From assembly GCF_006345805.1 (NCBI RefSeq), contig NW_021835009.1:1-43586 (forward strand): a DNA stretch of 43,586 bases. The letters run 5' to 3'. This document shows, one piece after another, positions 1-11,594 of this stretch. The notes below the pieces were generated by a model, which was not told the DNA's origin, searched no databases, and saw only the letters and a program-made list of their open reading frames with translations. The stretch is from Octopus sinensis (Eukaryota). The position numbers and the translations under genes were made by a program. How positions within the stretch are numbered: position 1 is the stretch's first letter; each line of letters opens with the position of its first letter.

Positions 1-68
1 CTTATTCTTTTACTCTCTTCTCTGTGTCGTCATCTCATTAATATATAGCATTCTCATTTTCCCTATTT

Positions 69-124
69 GTCTCTGATGACGGAATATCCCATACTCGGGG
101 ATATCCCAGAAGCAGCTGCAAGAT
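69..124 (+). ncRNA. Degenerate type I hammerhead ribozyme-like motif
   Basis: GTCT-CTGATGA(73-79)-C-stem II GGAATATCCC/GGGATATCCC(81-90/98-107)-A-GAAG-C-AGCT-G-CA-AGAT. Stem I GTCT/AGAT pairs. The 15.1/16.1 pair is G-C instead of A-U, so it is probably inactive. Confidence 0.4.
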
Positions 125-199
125 TCTGAATTTCTTCCTTAATATTGTAATGGACTTGAGACATTTTCCTTGCCTTATGTTTGTTGTCTGTTTAACAAT

Positions 200-415
<216 letters not shown>

Positions 416-424
416 TTCGCCATG

Positions 425-605
425 ATGGATCGCTAGCACTACACTTTCTTTATTTCTCTCCTTGTTTCTTTCTGTGGAAGAGCATAGGCTCGAAATGTTA
501 AAGACCTTTTCACTTCCCGAGCATTAAACCAATACATCTGTTTGTTGTCTACAGCACCTGTCTTAGTCTTTTGTTGTTTGTTTGTTTTTTTGTGAATTCT
601 CTCCC
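425..605 (+). mobile_element. Short repeat (Penelope pLTR/retrozyme-like) with a hammerhead-like motif at 468-503
   Basis: Homologous to 35365-35525. CTTT-CTGTGGA-A-GAGC-ATAG-GCTC-GAA-ATGT-T-AAAG. Lies between (TA)n and (TACA)n. Confidence 0.5.
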
Positions 606-606
606 T

Positions 607-634
607 ATACATACATACATACATACATAATACA

Positions 635-665
<31 letters not shown>

Positions 666-680
666 GTGTGTGTGTGTGTG
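607..680. repeat. (TACA)n then (TG)n
   Basis: Read directly. Confidence 0.95.
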
Positions 681-682
681 AA

Positions 683-1017
683 GGTACATGGCTCAGTGGT
701 TAGAGCGCCGAGCTTACGATCGTGAGGTTGCGAGTTCGAATCCCGGAACGGGCTGTGTGTTGTGTTCTTGAGCAAGACACTTTGTTTCACGTTGCTCCAG
801 TTCATTCAGCTGTAGAAATGAGTTGCGATGTGACAGGTGCCAAGCTGTATCGACCTTTGTCTTTCCCTTGGATAACACTGGTGGCGTGGAGTGGGGAGGC
901 CGGTATGCATGGGCGACTGCTGGTCTTCCCTAAATAACCTTGCCCAGACTTGTGCCTCGGAGGGTAACTTTCTAGGTGCAGTCCCATGGTCAGTCATGAC
1001 CGAAGTGGGGAGGTCTC
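683..1017 (+). mobile_element. tRNA-derived SINE, family F4 (CORE-like central box)
   Basis: A box TGGCTCAGTGG, B box GTTCGAATCC, then GTGTTCTTGAGCAAGACACTT..TTGCTCCAGT, which recurs at 27910-28115 and 37972-38100. Confidence 0.85.
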
Positions 1018-1050
1018 CTCATATATATAGTAATATATAGTAGAGTATCT

Positions 1051-1437
1051 GGATGGAAGCACTCCGTCGGTTACGACGACGAGGGTTCCGGTTGATCCGA
1101 TCAACGGAACAGCCTGCTCGTGAAATTACGTGTAAGTGGCTGAGCACTCCACAGAAACGTGTACCCTTAACGTAGTTCTCGGGGAATTCAGCGTGACACA
1201 GAGAGTGACAAGGCGGCCCTTTGAAATACAGGTACAACAGAAACAGGAAGTAAGAGTGAGAGAAAGTTGTGGTGAAAGAGTACAGCAGGGATCACCACCA
1301 TCCCCTGCCGGAGCCGCGTGGAGCTTTACGTGTTTTCGCTCAATAAACACTCACAATGCCCGGTCTGGGAATCGAAACCGCGATCCTACGACCGCGAGTC
1401 CGCTGCCCTAACCACTGGGCCATTGCGCCTCCACAAG
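1051..1437 (-). mobile_element. tRNA-derived SINE, family F1, full length with 13-bp TSD
   Basis: Minus-strand head GGAGGCGCAATGGCCCAGTGGTTAGG..GGTTTCGATTCCC. TSD TAGTAGAGTATCT at 1038-1050 and 1438-1450. Near-identical to 29194-29583 and 39499-39883. Confidence 0.92.
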
Positions 1438-1564
1438 TAGTAGAGTATCTATACGTACACACACACACGTATATGTATTTAAATTCGAATTGTGCAATAG
1501 AAAGTATTGAATAGAACATCAAAACATATTGTCAGAACAAAATAGGACATAATAAACATATTGT

Positions 1565-1855
1565 TGAAACGCCAGAAGCTGCGGTTTACCGTCTGGGAAA
1601 ATCCCTTTCAAGACGTACAAGCGTTAAAACACAAAACACTTCAGTGCTGGGCGAAACGAAATCGCCTCAGAAACGACCATGAGAGCGATAGATACGTGAT
1701 TGGCCATTGTCGTTCGCTTATCAACGTCGCGTAATCGTGTCACATCGTGATCGTTTCTGCAATGATTTTGGTTCGTTTGGCTCTGAATTATGTTCTGGTT
1801 TAACACAACAACATGGTCTTTAAAGAGACGATAAGCCGCAGCTTCTAGTGTTTCA
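1565..1855. mobile_element. Putative MITE bounded by 30-bp imperfect inverted repeats
   Basis: 1565-1594 TGAAACGCCAGAAGCTGCGGTTTACCGTCT versus the reverse complement of 1826-1855 (26/30 match). No TSD recognised. Confidence 0.4.
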
Positions 1856-1872
1856 GTACGTTATATTAATAA

Positions 1873-2270
1873 CTAGCATTATCGCCCGGCGTTGCTCGGG
1901 TTTGTAAGGGAAATAACTATATAAGCATTTTTTAGAGAGTTATAGCCAAAAAATAGCAAAAAAATGCATTAAAAATGGAAAAAAGTTGATGGTAAATTTT
2001 TTTTAAATCGTTGACTCATCGTAGACATTTTTAGAGAGTTGCTTCCCTTATATAATAGCGAAAAAAATGCATTAAAATGGAAAAAATGATGGTAATTTTT
2101 TTTTTAAATCGTAGACTCATCGTAGACACGCGCTAATACCCAGAAGGGCTCGATATGTATCACGACTATAAGATACCCGGTTTTGGTTAAACTGCACCGC
2201 AAAATGTGGGAGTAGTTAGGAATCTAAATCGTAGGAGACAGACACACAACTTCTCTTTTATATATAAAGA
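1873..2270 (-). mobile_element. Non-autonomous Helitron
   Basis: Minus strand begins TC(TTTATATATAAAAG) after an A. It ends in hairpin CCCGAGCAACGCCGGG plus CGATAATGCTAG before a T (A|T target, no TSD). Confidence 0.8.
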
Positions 2271-2344
2271 TGTATGATGGCGATGATAACGATAATAATA
2301 ATAATAACAACAGCAATAATAATAATAATAATCCTTTCTACAAC

Positions 2345-2820
<476 letters not shown>

Positions 2821-3324
2821 ACTGTGAAAACAACATCCATTCATGAATTTATTTATTTATTAATTTTTTAAATACATATTTTACCTGTGAATTTGCGCGT
2901 GTAATCTGGGAATGCATACAATGAGCTTCTCTGCCCTAGATGTATGGAAAACACTCGGCGAGAAACGGGAGAAAATTTGAAGGAAGAAGGGAAAAGATGA
3001 TGATGATGATGATGATGATGGCGGCGATAATTTATTCTTTTATTGGCCAGAGGGGCTGATATAAATATACATAAAAGGACACGCATTAACATAAAAGACA
3101 ACACAAGACGATAGAAATGGTTTCCCGCGTCTAAACAATGAATAAAAAAACGCAATAAGAATTAAATAACAATAATAATAATTGCCTTGGTGCAGAACCC
3201 GACCGTGACCCTCATGGCTTCTGATCTTAACTGATTATGTTGGTGGCCAAGTGCTGATACTTCCAAGCGCACCAAAAGCGAAAGAGAACCGTTAAAATAA
3301 GGGCTGGTGTCGATTTGTTCATTT

Positions 3325-3345
3325 AAACCAGTGGTTCTCAACAAT
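3325..3345 (+). mobile_element. Solo hAT-like terminal inverted repeat
   Basis: CAGTGGTTCTCAAC. The same end occurs in reverse at about 40139-40152. No partner TIR found nearby. Confidence 0.35.
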
Positions 3346-3398
3346 TATGGACCCTTTTGGTCCCTATTTTATTCAGCTGGACCCTCATAGACATTCGA

Positions 3399-3650
3399 TT
3401 CTTTTATTCGTTTATTTGTTTCAGTCATTTTGTCCGCGGCCATGCTGGAGCACCGCCTTTAGTCGAACAAATCGATCCCAGGACTTGTTCTTTGTAAGCC
3501 TAGTAGTTATTCCATCAATTTCTTTTGCCGAATATCTAAGTTACGGGGACGTAAATACACCAACATCGGTCGTCAGTCAATGGTGGGGGACAAATACAGA
3601 CACACACACACACACACGCACACACCCACACACATATATATGTATACGAG
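3399..3650 (-). mobile_element. SINE family F3, 3' half
   Basis: CATGCTGGAGCACCGCCTTTAGTCGA..AAGTTACGGGGACGTAAATACACCAACATCGG matches 20455-20640 and 28880-29074. Confidence 0.85.
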
Positions 3651-3734
3651 CAAAACGCCCCCCATCCAATGGACAGTGCTGAATCATATCGGCTGAATAA
3701 AAAGCAATCAGTGTTTTCTTTTCATTAAAAAATA

Positions 3735-4194
3735 ATTAAGCATGCCTTTATTTCAATAAAATTTTTGGTTTTGTTAAACGAAGTTAAGGCAAAAAAAAAA
3801 GTACTTCTTGAGAAACCAAATAGTCTTTCCATCCTTCAGGCCAAGTTTGAAGAAAATATCTCTTTTGCATCTTACTTTTTTGGTCTCCTAAATATGCTGC
3901 ATTTTGTGGCATTATTTCAAACCAGCCGGCATTTTCTGCGCAAACTGCACGTGCATTTTTCTCGCGTACGCGTAGTATCGATCGCAAGAGCTGATGTACT
4001 TGCGCGTACAAATGCACGTTACACGGCTTTGTCGATCGCATTCTCACCTGGAATCGATTTTTGTAATTTTTTCAAGACTTATACACGCCCTGATACCGTT
4101 GGTATCTACATATCAAATTTGAGCGCAATCGGATGGAGGATGCCCGAGATCCTAGAAGACACACACACAAACAGAACGGATTTTATATAATAGA
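3735..4194 (-). mobile_element. Probable 3'-truncated Helitron-like element
   Basis: Minus strand starts A|TCTATTATATAAAATCC followed by a TG run and GCGCTCAAATTTGATATG. No CTAG 3' end found; the left boundary is approximate. Confidence 0.45.
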
Positions 4195-4204
4195 TATATA
4201 TACA

Positions 4205-4633
4205 CGACGGGCTTCTTTCAGTTTCCGTCTACCATATCTACACACAAGGCTTCGGTTGACCCGAGACTATAGTAGAAGACACTTGCCCAAGGTGCAACGC
4301 AGCTGGACTGAACCTCTCTTTTGCCGAACCGCTAAGTTACGGGGACGTAAACACACTAGCATCGGTTGTCAAGCGATGTTGGGGTGACAAACACAGACAC
4401 ATAAACATATACACACACACATACATACATACATACATACATATACACACACACACACATACACACACATATATACATATATACGACGGGCTTCTTCCAG
4501 TTTCCGTCTACCAAATCCACTCACAAAGCTTTGGTCGGCCCGAGGCTATAGAAGAAGACACTTGCCGAAGGTGCCACGCAGTGGGACTGAATCCGGAACC
4601 ATGTGGTTCGTAAGCAAGCTTACTACACAGCCA
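4205..4633 (-). mobile_element. SINE family F3, composite (duplicated 5' body and CA tract)
   Basis: Two copies of GACGGGCTTCTT(T/C)CAGTTTCCGTCTACC..AGAAGACACTTGCC.AAGGTGC. Confidence 0.85.
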
Positions 4634-4856
4634 TATATATAATATAATATAATATAATATAATTTCTAATCTCCTTACTCATCTATAGAGGGAACGTCTC
4701 TGAAACCTCTTTTACTTATATTTTCACATAACCATTATAGCCTTTAGTTATACTTAATACCTAACTGGACTCACATCTCTTTGTTTCTCATAAGGATAAA
4801 TACGAATCTCTTAGATTCTATTCTGCTATTTCCTTTCTCAAATTTTGTTTATACTT

Positions 4857-4959
4857 CTTACACTGAAGAGTACAGTGATATGTAATTAATTTAATTAACT
4901 TAATTCAACCATGAATTTGCATGATTTTTATATCTCTGTACGAAACGATCGTCTGCATG
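4857..4959 (+). ncRNA. Type I hammerhead ribozyme motif, canonical core
   Basis: CTGAAGA 4863-4869; stem II GTACAG/CTGTAC (4870-75/4936-41) extended by GATAT/ATATC; GAAA 4942-45; palindromic stem III ACGATCGT; GUC site ending at 4953; stem I CTTACA/TGCATG (4 of 6 pairs). Confidence 0.72.
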
Positions 4960-5064
4960 AATTAATATTCTCTTATATATTTTAACATCTCGTCTTCACT
5001 TTTAACAAAATTGTTTAGTTTTATGGGATTCCTTTCCATAAATTCGCAACACATCACATACAAG

Positions 5065-5156
<92 letters not shown>

Positions 5157-5166
5157 GTGTGTGTGT

Positions 5167-5210
<44 letters not shown>

Positions 5211-5265
5211 GATAGATAGTAGATAGATAGATAGATAGATAGATAGTAGATAGATAGATAGATAG
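5065..5265. repeat. (TA)n-(TG)n-(GATA)n compound microsatellite
   Basis: Read directly. Confidence 0.95.
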
Positions 5266-6570
5266 AAAACTTTCTTTATTGGCCACACAGGGCTGGACAC
5301 AGAGGGGGCAATTACAAATGTAGAGCTTTTCTATTCGGAGATGGAAAAGGAAAAAGAAGAAAAAAAGGAAACAAATGTAAAATTTCGATCAAAAGGGATC
5401 GGAAGGAAAAAAAAGCGATCAAAAGGGATCGTGTATCACAGAAAGAAAAAAAAATTTTTTTTTCAAAGTAACAAACAAGATTAGGTTCATCCGTGGAAAG
5501 AAAAGCCTACAGAAAAGACCACGGTAACCTCAGGCAGGGAGGAAATAAATACATGAGAGCAGAGTGCTCTCTGTCTCTCTTTTACAATTTACAGGATCAT
5601 GCTCAAAGTGGTTTCGTCACTCACACGCACCATCTTTGCTACATTCACCCACTTTTTTTGAAACTTTCACGAGACAAAACCTGCCTTTCCATTCGCACCT
5701 TCCTTTTCAAGTGGTACTTGAAAAAGTTGATGAGCGATTGGCCAGAGAGGTAAGTGTTTGTCTCTAATCCTTTCGCTCGAGTCCACCACACACATTCTTT
5801 TACCATAGCCACCAGTACGATGAAAACTGCCTTGCCTTCCCGGTTGAGGGAAGGGGGCGGTGCAATTTTCACGATAGACTCAGCCTACAGGCGGACTCGT
5901 CCCACACGTGACAGCAGCCGTTCGGCATAAGCCCACAGGTCTGAAATGGTTGGACATTGCACGAGTGCGTGCAGAACGGTTTCGTCGCTCTGACCGCATC
6001 TCGAGCAAGTCGGTCCAGTATGTCTCGAACCGTGCCTGTAGAGCTTATCCCGAACAGGTAATGCTTCTCGATAGCACTGCCAGGCCAGAGATCTTTGGTG
6101 ATTGTCCATAGGTCCTGGCCCGAAAGTTGTCCTGAACAGGCGGGTCAGTTGTCTCTCGTCGACGCCCAGATTCTGCCCGAGAACGTCGTCGCACCTCCCC
6201 TCCACTGATCCTCTATAGAACGTCTTTGTTGTAAAGAAGTCGCACAAATTTGGTCCCGGACGGCAGAGTTGCTTGAGAGCAACGCGACACTCGCGGTGCC
6301 ATTCGCCTAGTCTCGGTCTCTGTTTGATCCACGATTGTAGTTCGGCCAAGGAGACGAGCTGCGGGAAAGCGCGTCGCACAAAAGGCGACCACACCTGTTC
6401 ACCGTCATCTATGAAGCGCCGGAGATGTCGCAGTCTCAGCGCATGTCTGCGCATCATCAACCACGGCATGCTTAACCGTCCATTTAGCGGGTGTTGACAG
6501 CAAATGGGTCGCCTAACCATCGGAATGCTTCCCTTTCACAGGAAGCAGAAGAGTATGCATTCCAGTTTGG
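5266..6570 (-). mobile_element. L1/Tx1-clade LINE, 5'-truncated copy A (ORF2 C-terminus and 3' UTR)
   Basis: The translation contains [29 protein letters not shown] (zf-RVT-like C-C-H-C knuckle) and VWWTR. A frame break lies near 5875. Flanked by (GATA)n on both sides. Confidence 0.85.
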
Positions 6571-6571
6571 T

Positions 6572-6613
<42 letters not shown>

Positions 6614-6684
6614 TGTTTCTTTATTAGCCACACAGGGCTGCACACAGATAGAACAAATTACAAGGTAGAGCTTTTCTTTTGAAG

Positions 6685-6715
<31 letters not shown>

Positions 6716-7727
6716 CGGGAAAGGGGAGTTTCGATCAAAAGGGATCGTAAAAGGAGAGAAAGAGGACAAAAAAAAGGGGGGGGGTTAAAAAAAAAAAAAA
6801 AAAAAGGGGGGGAGAGGAAAAAAAAATTGATCAATAGGGATCGTTATCACAGAAATGTCAATATGAAGTGTAAAGGGGAGGACAGGTGAGGTTTACCCGT
6901 GGAAAGAAAAGCCTACGGAAAAGACCACGGTAACCTCGGTCAATGAAGTCACATTTTATATTTCTTTTTTTTTTTTTTTTTTTTTTGCAAATAAGCAACT
7001 CTCTGTTTTCGATTTCTGGGTTCATAGGACTATGCTCAAGGTGGCTTCGTCATTCATACGTGCCATTCTTGCTACATTCACCCATCTTTTTTTAAAACAT
7101 TCGCTAGACAAAACTTGCCTCTCTACTCTCACTTTCCTTTTCAAGTGGTACTTGAAGAAGTTGATGAGAGATTGACCAGAGAGGAAAGTGTTTGTCTCCA
7201 ATCCTTTCAGACGCGTCCACCAGATACATTCTTTCGCCATAGCCACAAGGATGATGAAAATAGCTCTTCCTTCCCGTTTGAAGGAAGGGGCGTGACAATA
7301 TTGACGATAGACTCAGCTGATAAACCGACTCGTCCCACACGTGACAGCAGTTGTTCGACATAAGCCCACAGGTCGGAAATTGTTGGACACTGAACGAGTG
7401 CGTGCAGAACGGTTTCGTCGCTCTGACCGCATCTCGGCAGGTCGGCCCGTGTTTCTCGAGCCGTGTCTGTAGAGCTTATCCCGAACGGGTAGCGCTTCTC
7501 GGTAGCACTGCCAGGCCAGGGATCTCTGGAAGTTGTCCATGGGCCCTGGCCCGAAAGTCGTCCCGAACAGGCGGGTCAGGTACTCCTCGTCGACGTCCAG
7601 GTTCGCCCCGAGCTCGTCGTCGTACCTCCCCTCCACTAAACCCCTATAGAATGCTTTGGTTGTGTTGAAGTCACTTAAGGTCGACCCAGGACGGCAGAGT
7701 TGCTTGAGAGCAACGCGACACTCGCGG
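6614..7727 (-). mobile_element. L1/Tx1-clade LINE, 5'-truncated copy B (different subfamily)
   Basis: Homologous translation [39 protein letters not shown]. Same 3' UTR end as copy A. Flanked by (GATA)n. Confidence 0.85.
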
Positions 7728-7734
7728 TAGATAG

Positions 7735-7765
<31 letters not shown>

Positions 7766-7816
7766 GAGATAGAGATATAGATATAGATATAGATAGATAG
7801 ATAGATAGATCGATAT

Positions 7817-7848
<32 letters not shown>

Positions 7849-7866
7849 GCAGGCAGGCAGGCAGGC

Positions 7867-7962
<96 letters not shown>

Positions 7963-8011
7963 GATAGATAGATATAGATATGTATGTATGCATGTATATA
8001 TATATAATATA

Positions 8012-8044
<33 letters not shown>
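7728..8044. repeat. (GATA)n/(GACA)n/(GGCA)n/(TA)n compound repeat
   Basis: Read directly. Confidence 0.95.
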
Positions 8045-8046
<2 letters not shown>

Positions 8047-8640
8047 AGGAGGTACCCGAAAGAAACCGGAATTTTGCAATACTATTTTATTCGCTTAGTT
8101 TTACCTATTAACACTTTTATCATCTTCAAAGTATTCTCCATTTAAAGTAATGCATCGGTTTAGACGCGTTTTCCACTGTTGGAAGCAGTCCTAGAACTCT
8201 TGTTAAGTGATACTTTATAACGCCTCTGTCGTCTTTTTTCCTCATCTCTTCCACATCTGCCAATTCCGTAGTAACAGCTTTCGTCACCAGTGATGACCTT
8301 CGAAAAAAGGTTCGGATCAATTTCCAACCGTTCTTTCAGTTCACGACACGCATTCAGCCGTGACTGCTTTTGATCTTCCGTGAGCAAGCGAGGTACAAAT
8401 TTTGTGGCAACTCTTTTCATTCGCAATTCCTAGTTTAAAATTCGTTGGCAGGAGTTCCGGAACACACCAGTCATATCAACAAGTTCGTCAATTGTTTGGT
8501 GATGGTCCTCCAAGATCAGTTCATGAATTTTCATGATGTTTTCATTCGTTCAGAGGTCGACGGTCGCCCTGAAAGAGGATGGTCTTCAAGCAACAAGGGA
8601 CCATTCCTAAAGCGTGAAAACCACTCGTAACCTTATGCTT
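8045..8640 (-). mobile_element. mariner transposon remnant (internally deleted transposase and one TIR)
   Basis: KRVATKFVPRLLTEDQKQSRLNAC..FSKVITGDES (mariner WVPRLL-like and TGDE motifs); upstream HTH-like TIDELVDMTG; TIR TA|TGAGGAGGTACCCGAAAGAAACCGGAA. Confidence 0.88.
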
Positions 8641-8888
8641 TGCTCATGACAAACGACAGTGGACAAAGCTTTTGTCACAGAGTTCCAACATACCAAGTCT
8701 TCCATCCATGTCTATAAGTGAACTTCCGCGAACATTCGAATGTTCAAATATTCTTATTGCTCATGTGAGTTGTCACAGGCCAAGTTACAAGTCTATTAAT
8801 AATGAGTTATTGCTTATTCAATAATTTAGAGATAATGCGAAAGACGAGGCAATGTTCCTCTCTTTAATATTACAATAGTGAATAAGGG

Positions 8889-9338
8889 GGCGAGCTGCCA
8901 GAATCGTTAGCAGACGGACAAAATGGTTAGTGGCGTTTCATCCGTCTTTGAGCTCAGAGTTCATATGCTGGTGAGTTCGACTTTGTCTTTCATCCTTTAG
9001 GGGTCGAGAAAAACTGTACCAGTTGAGCACTGGAGCTGTGTAATCGACTCCTCTCGCACTCAAAATTGTTGACCTTGTGTCAAAATTTGAAACCATTTTT
9101 TATCATTATTAAGGCAGCGAACTAGAAGAACCGTTATGAGGCCGGATAAAATGCTTCGCGGCATTTAGTCCATATTTACGTTCGGAGCTCAAATTTCGCC
9201 GGGGTTGACTTTGCCATTCATCTTTTATCGGAGCCGATAAAATAGGTACCAGTAGAGCACTGGGGTCGATGTAATCAGATAATCCCCTCTCCCCGCACCA
9301 AAAAGTTCAGGCTTTGTGCCTATAGTAGGAAAGATCGT
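8889..9338 (+). mobile_element. Two diverged SINE F2 copies (tail type B)
   Basis: GGCGAGCTGCCAGAATCGTTAG and AAGGCAGCGAACTAGAAGAACCG heads; GCTTTGTGCCTATAGTAG tail running into (ATT)n. Confidence 0.75.
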
Positions 9339-9437
9339 TATTATTATTATTATTATTATTGTTGTTGTTGTTGTTGTTGTTGTTGTAACTGTTGTGTTGT
9401 TATTATTATTATTATTATCATTATTATATCATCATCA

Positions 9438-9480
<43 letters not shown>

Positions 9481-10026
9481 CATATATATATCATTATTAT
9501 TATATTATCATTATTATTATATATATTATTATTATTATTCTTCTTATTATTATTATTATTATTATTATTATCATTATTCTTATTATCATTATTATCATTA
9601 TTATTATTATTATTATCATTATTATTATTATTATTATCATTATTATTATTATTATTATCATTATTATTATTATTATTATCATTATTATTATTATTATTAT
9701 TATTTATTATTATTATTATCATTATATTATTCTTCTTATTATTATTATCATTATTATCTTATTATTATTATTATATTATTTTATCATTATTATTATTATT
9801 ATTATTATATTATTATCATTATTATTATTATTATTATTCATTATTATCATTATATTATTATTATTATTATTATTATTATATTATATCATTATTATTATTA
9901 GATTATTATTATTATATTATTATTATTATTATTATATATTATTATTATTATTATTATATTATTTATTATATTATTATTATTATTATTATTATTATATTAT
10001 TATTATTATATTATATCATTATTATA

Positions 10027-10066
<40 letters not shown>

Positions 10067-10068
10067 CA

Positions 10069-10107
<39 letters not shown>

Positions 10108-10251
10108 TATTATTATTATTATTATCATTATTATTATTGTTATTATTATTATTATTATCATCATCATTATTATTATTATTATTATATTATTATTATTATT
10201 ATATTATTATTATTATATTATCATTATTATTATATTATTATTATTATCATA

Positions 10252-10286
<35 letters not shown>

Positions 10287-10313
10287 ATTATTATTATTAT
10301 ATCATTATTATTA

Positions 10314-10345
<32 letters not shown>

Positions 10346-10353
10346 TATTATTA

Positions 10354-10386
<33 letters not shown>

Positions 10387-10400
10387 TATATTATTATTAA

Positions 10401-10432
<32 letters not shown>

Positions 10433-10455
10433 GTTGTTGTTGTTGTTGTTGTTAT
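9339..10455. repeat. About 1.1-kb degenerate (TTA/TCA/TTG)n
   Basis: Read directly; source of the spurious 321-aa ORF. Confidence 0.97.
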
Positions 10456-10870
10456 TAAGGCAGCGACTTAATACTTCGCGGCATTTCGTCCGTCTTTACG
10501 TTCGAAGTTCAAATTTCGCCGAGGTCGACTTTACATTTCATCCTTTCACGATCAGTAAATTAAGTACCAGTTGACTACTGGAATCGATGTAATTGACTGG
10601 CCCCTTCCCCCAAAATTTCAGGCCTTGTGCCTATAATAGAAATTATTATTATTATTATTATTATTATCATTATTAAGGCAGCGATTTAATGCTTCGCGGC
10701 ATTTCGCCCATCTTTACGTTCGACGTGGTGGACTTTGCCTGTCAACATTTGGGGATCGATAAAAATAGTACTAGTTGAGAAGTGAGGCCGATCTAATCGA
10801 CTCACCTGCATTCCACCCCCCCCCCCAAAAAAAAGCTTGCTCAACTTGTACCAAAATTTGAAACCAAATT
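10456..10870 (+). mobile_element. Two internally deleted SINE F2 copies separated by (ATT)n
   Basis: Both start TTAAGGCAGCGA immediately after ATT runs. Confidence 0.75.
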
Positions 10871-10937
10871 TACAACAGTAGATCCCAATGATGTACCAAC
10901 TGTGGTAGGTTGTTACAGAGGATTTGCCGCCAAATCG

Positions 10938-11128
10938 TTTATTGCGCATTAGAGACACCATTTTGTTTTCAAGAAACTCATCGATGAACTGCAGGATGTG
11001 TTAAAAGCGTGCATCAAGTTAATCAATACAATTACATCACATCTTCACAGTTCACGACTGTTTGTAATGCTATGTGAAAAAAATAAAAACAGCGAAACAT
11101 TTAGCCAATTCCTTTTACACAGAGAGAG

Positions 11129-11174
<46 letters not shown>

Positions 11175-11190
11175 CGGTGGTTGTGAAAGG
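10938..11190 (+). pseudogene. hAT (Buster/Charlie-like) transposase fragment interrupted by (AG)n
   Basis: FKKLIDELQDVLKACIKLINTI..HSSRLFVMLCE..FLLH-(RE)n-RRWL resembles the family motif VNFIK..LNSRLF..LCE..LLLHTEVRWLSRG (recalled, not searched). Confidence 0.65.
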
Positions 11191-11412
11191 GTTACAACTT
11201 GTTGATCTGTCTGACTCATCTGTGAAGTTTCTTGCTAATGTAGAAGCATCGTCACGTGACGAAGTGGAAAAACGTAAGAAGCCTCTGTCACGTTAAATGT
11301 TTTAAAAAGATACACGGATGTATTAGACGCACCCTAATTTCAGCAGTGTATATTCAGGAAAGAATGTTTTTAGTGCATTAAAGAATGCAGTATTTAAAGC
11401 AACATTTAAAGC

Positions 11413-11590
11413 ACGGAGCTGGCAGAATCTTTAGAGCTCCGGGTAAAATGCTTAGCGGCGTTTCGTCTGTTTTTACGTTCTGAATTCAATTCCCGCCGAG
11501 GTCGACTTTTCTTTTCATCTTTACGCAGTCAATAAAATAAGTACTCGGGTCGCTGGGACTGACTGTCTTCCTCTCCCGGAATTACTGATC
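11413..11590 (+). mobile_element. SINE F2, diverged
   Basis: GAGCTGGCAGAATC..CCGCCGAGGTCGACTTT. Confidence 0.8.
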
Positions 11591-11594
11591 TTGT

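Noticed and set aside
683-760. SINE heads as tRNA genes (also 1360-1432, 11600-11670, 29510-29581, 39500-39575)
   Set aside because: A and B boxes are present, but no closing acceptor stem, and each continues into a SINE body.
3175-3290. Separate R4-like element
   Set aside because: Only about 30 bp (GGTGCGCTTGGAAGTATCAGCAC on the minus strand) resemble the 19035-19335 copy; too short to call.
4640-4860. Penelope RT or GIY-YIG ORF upstream of the hammerheads (also checked 30540-30830)
   Set aside because: I could not find a diagnostic motif, so the Penelope link remains an inference from RNA motif and structure.
9316-10281. 321-aa poly-L/Y/I ORF; similar ORFs at 19689, 29726, 32561 and 26147
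   Set aside because: Microsatellite translations.
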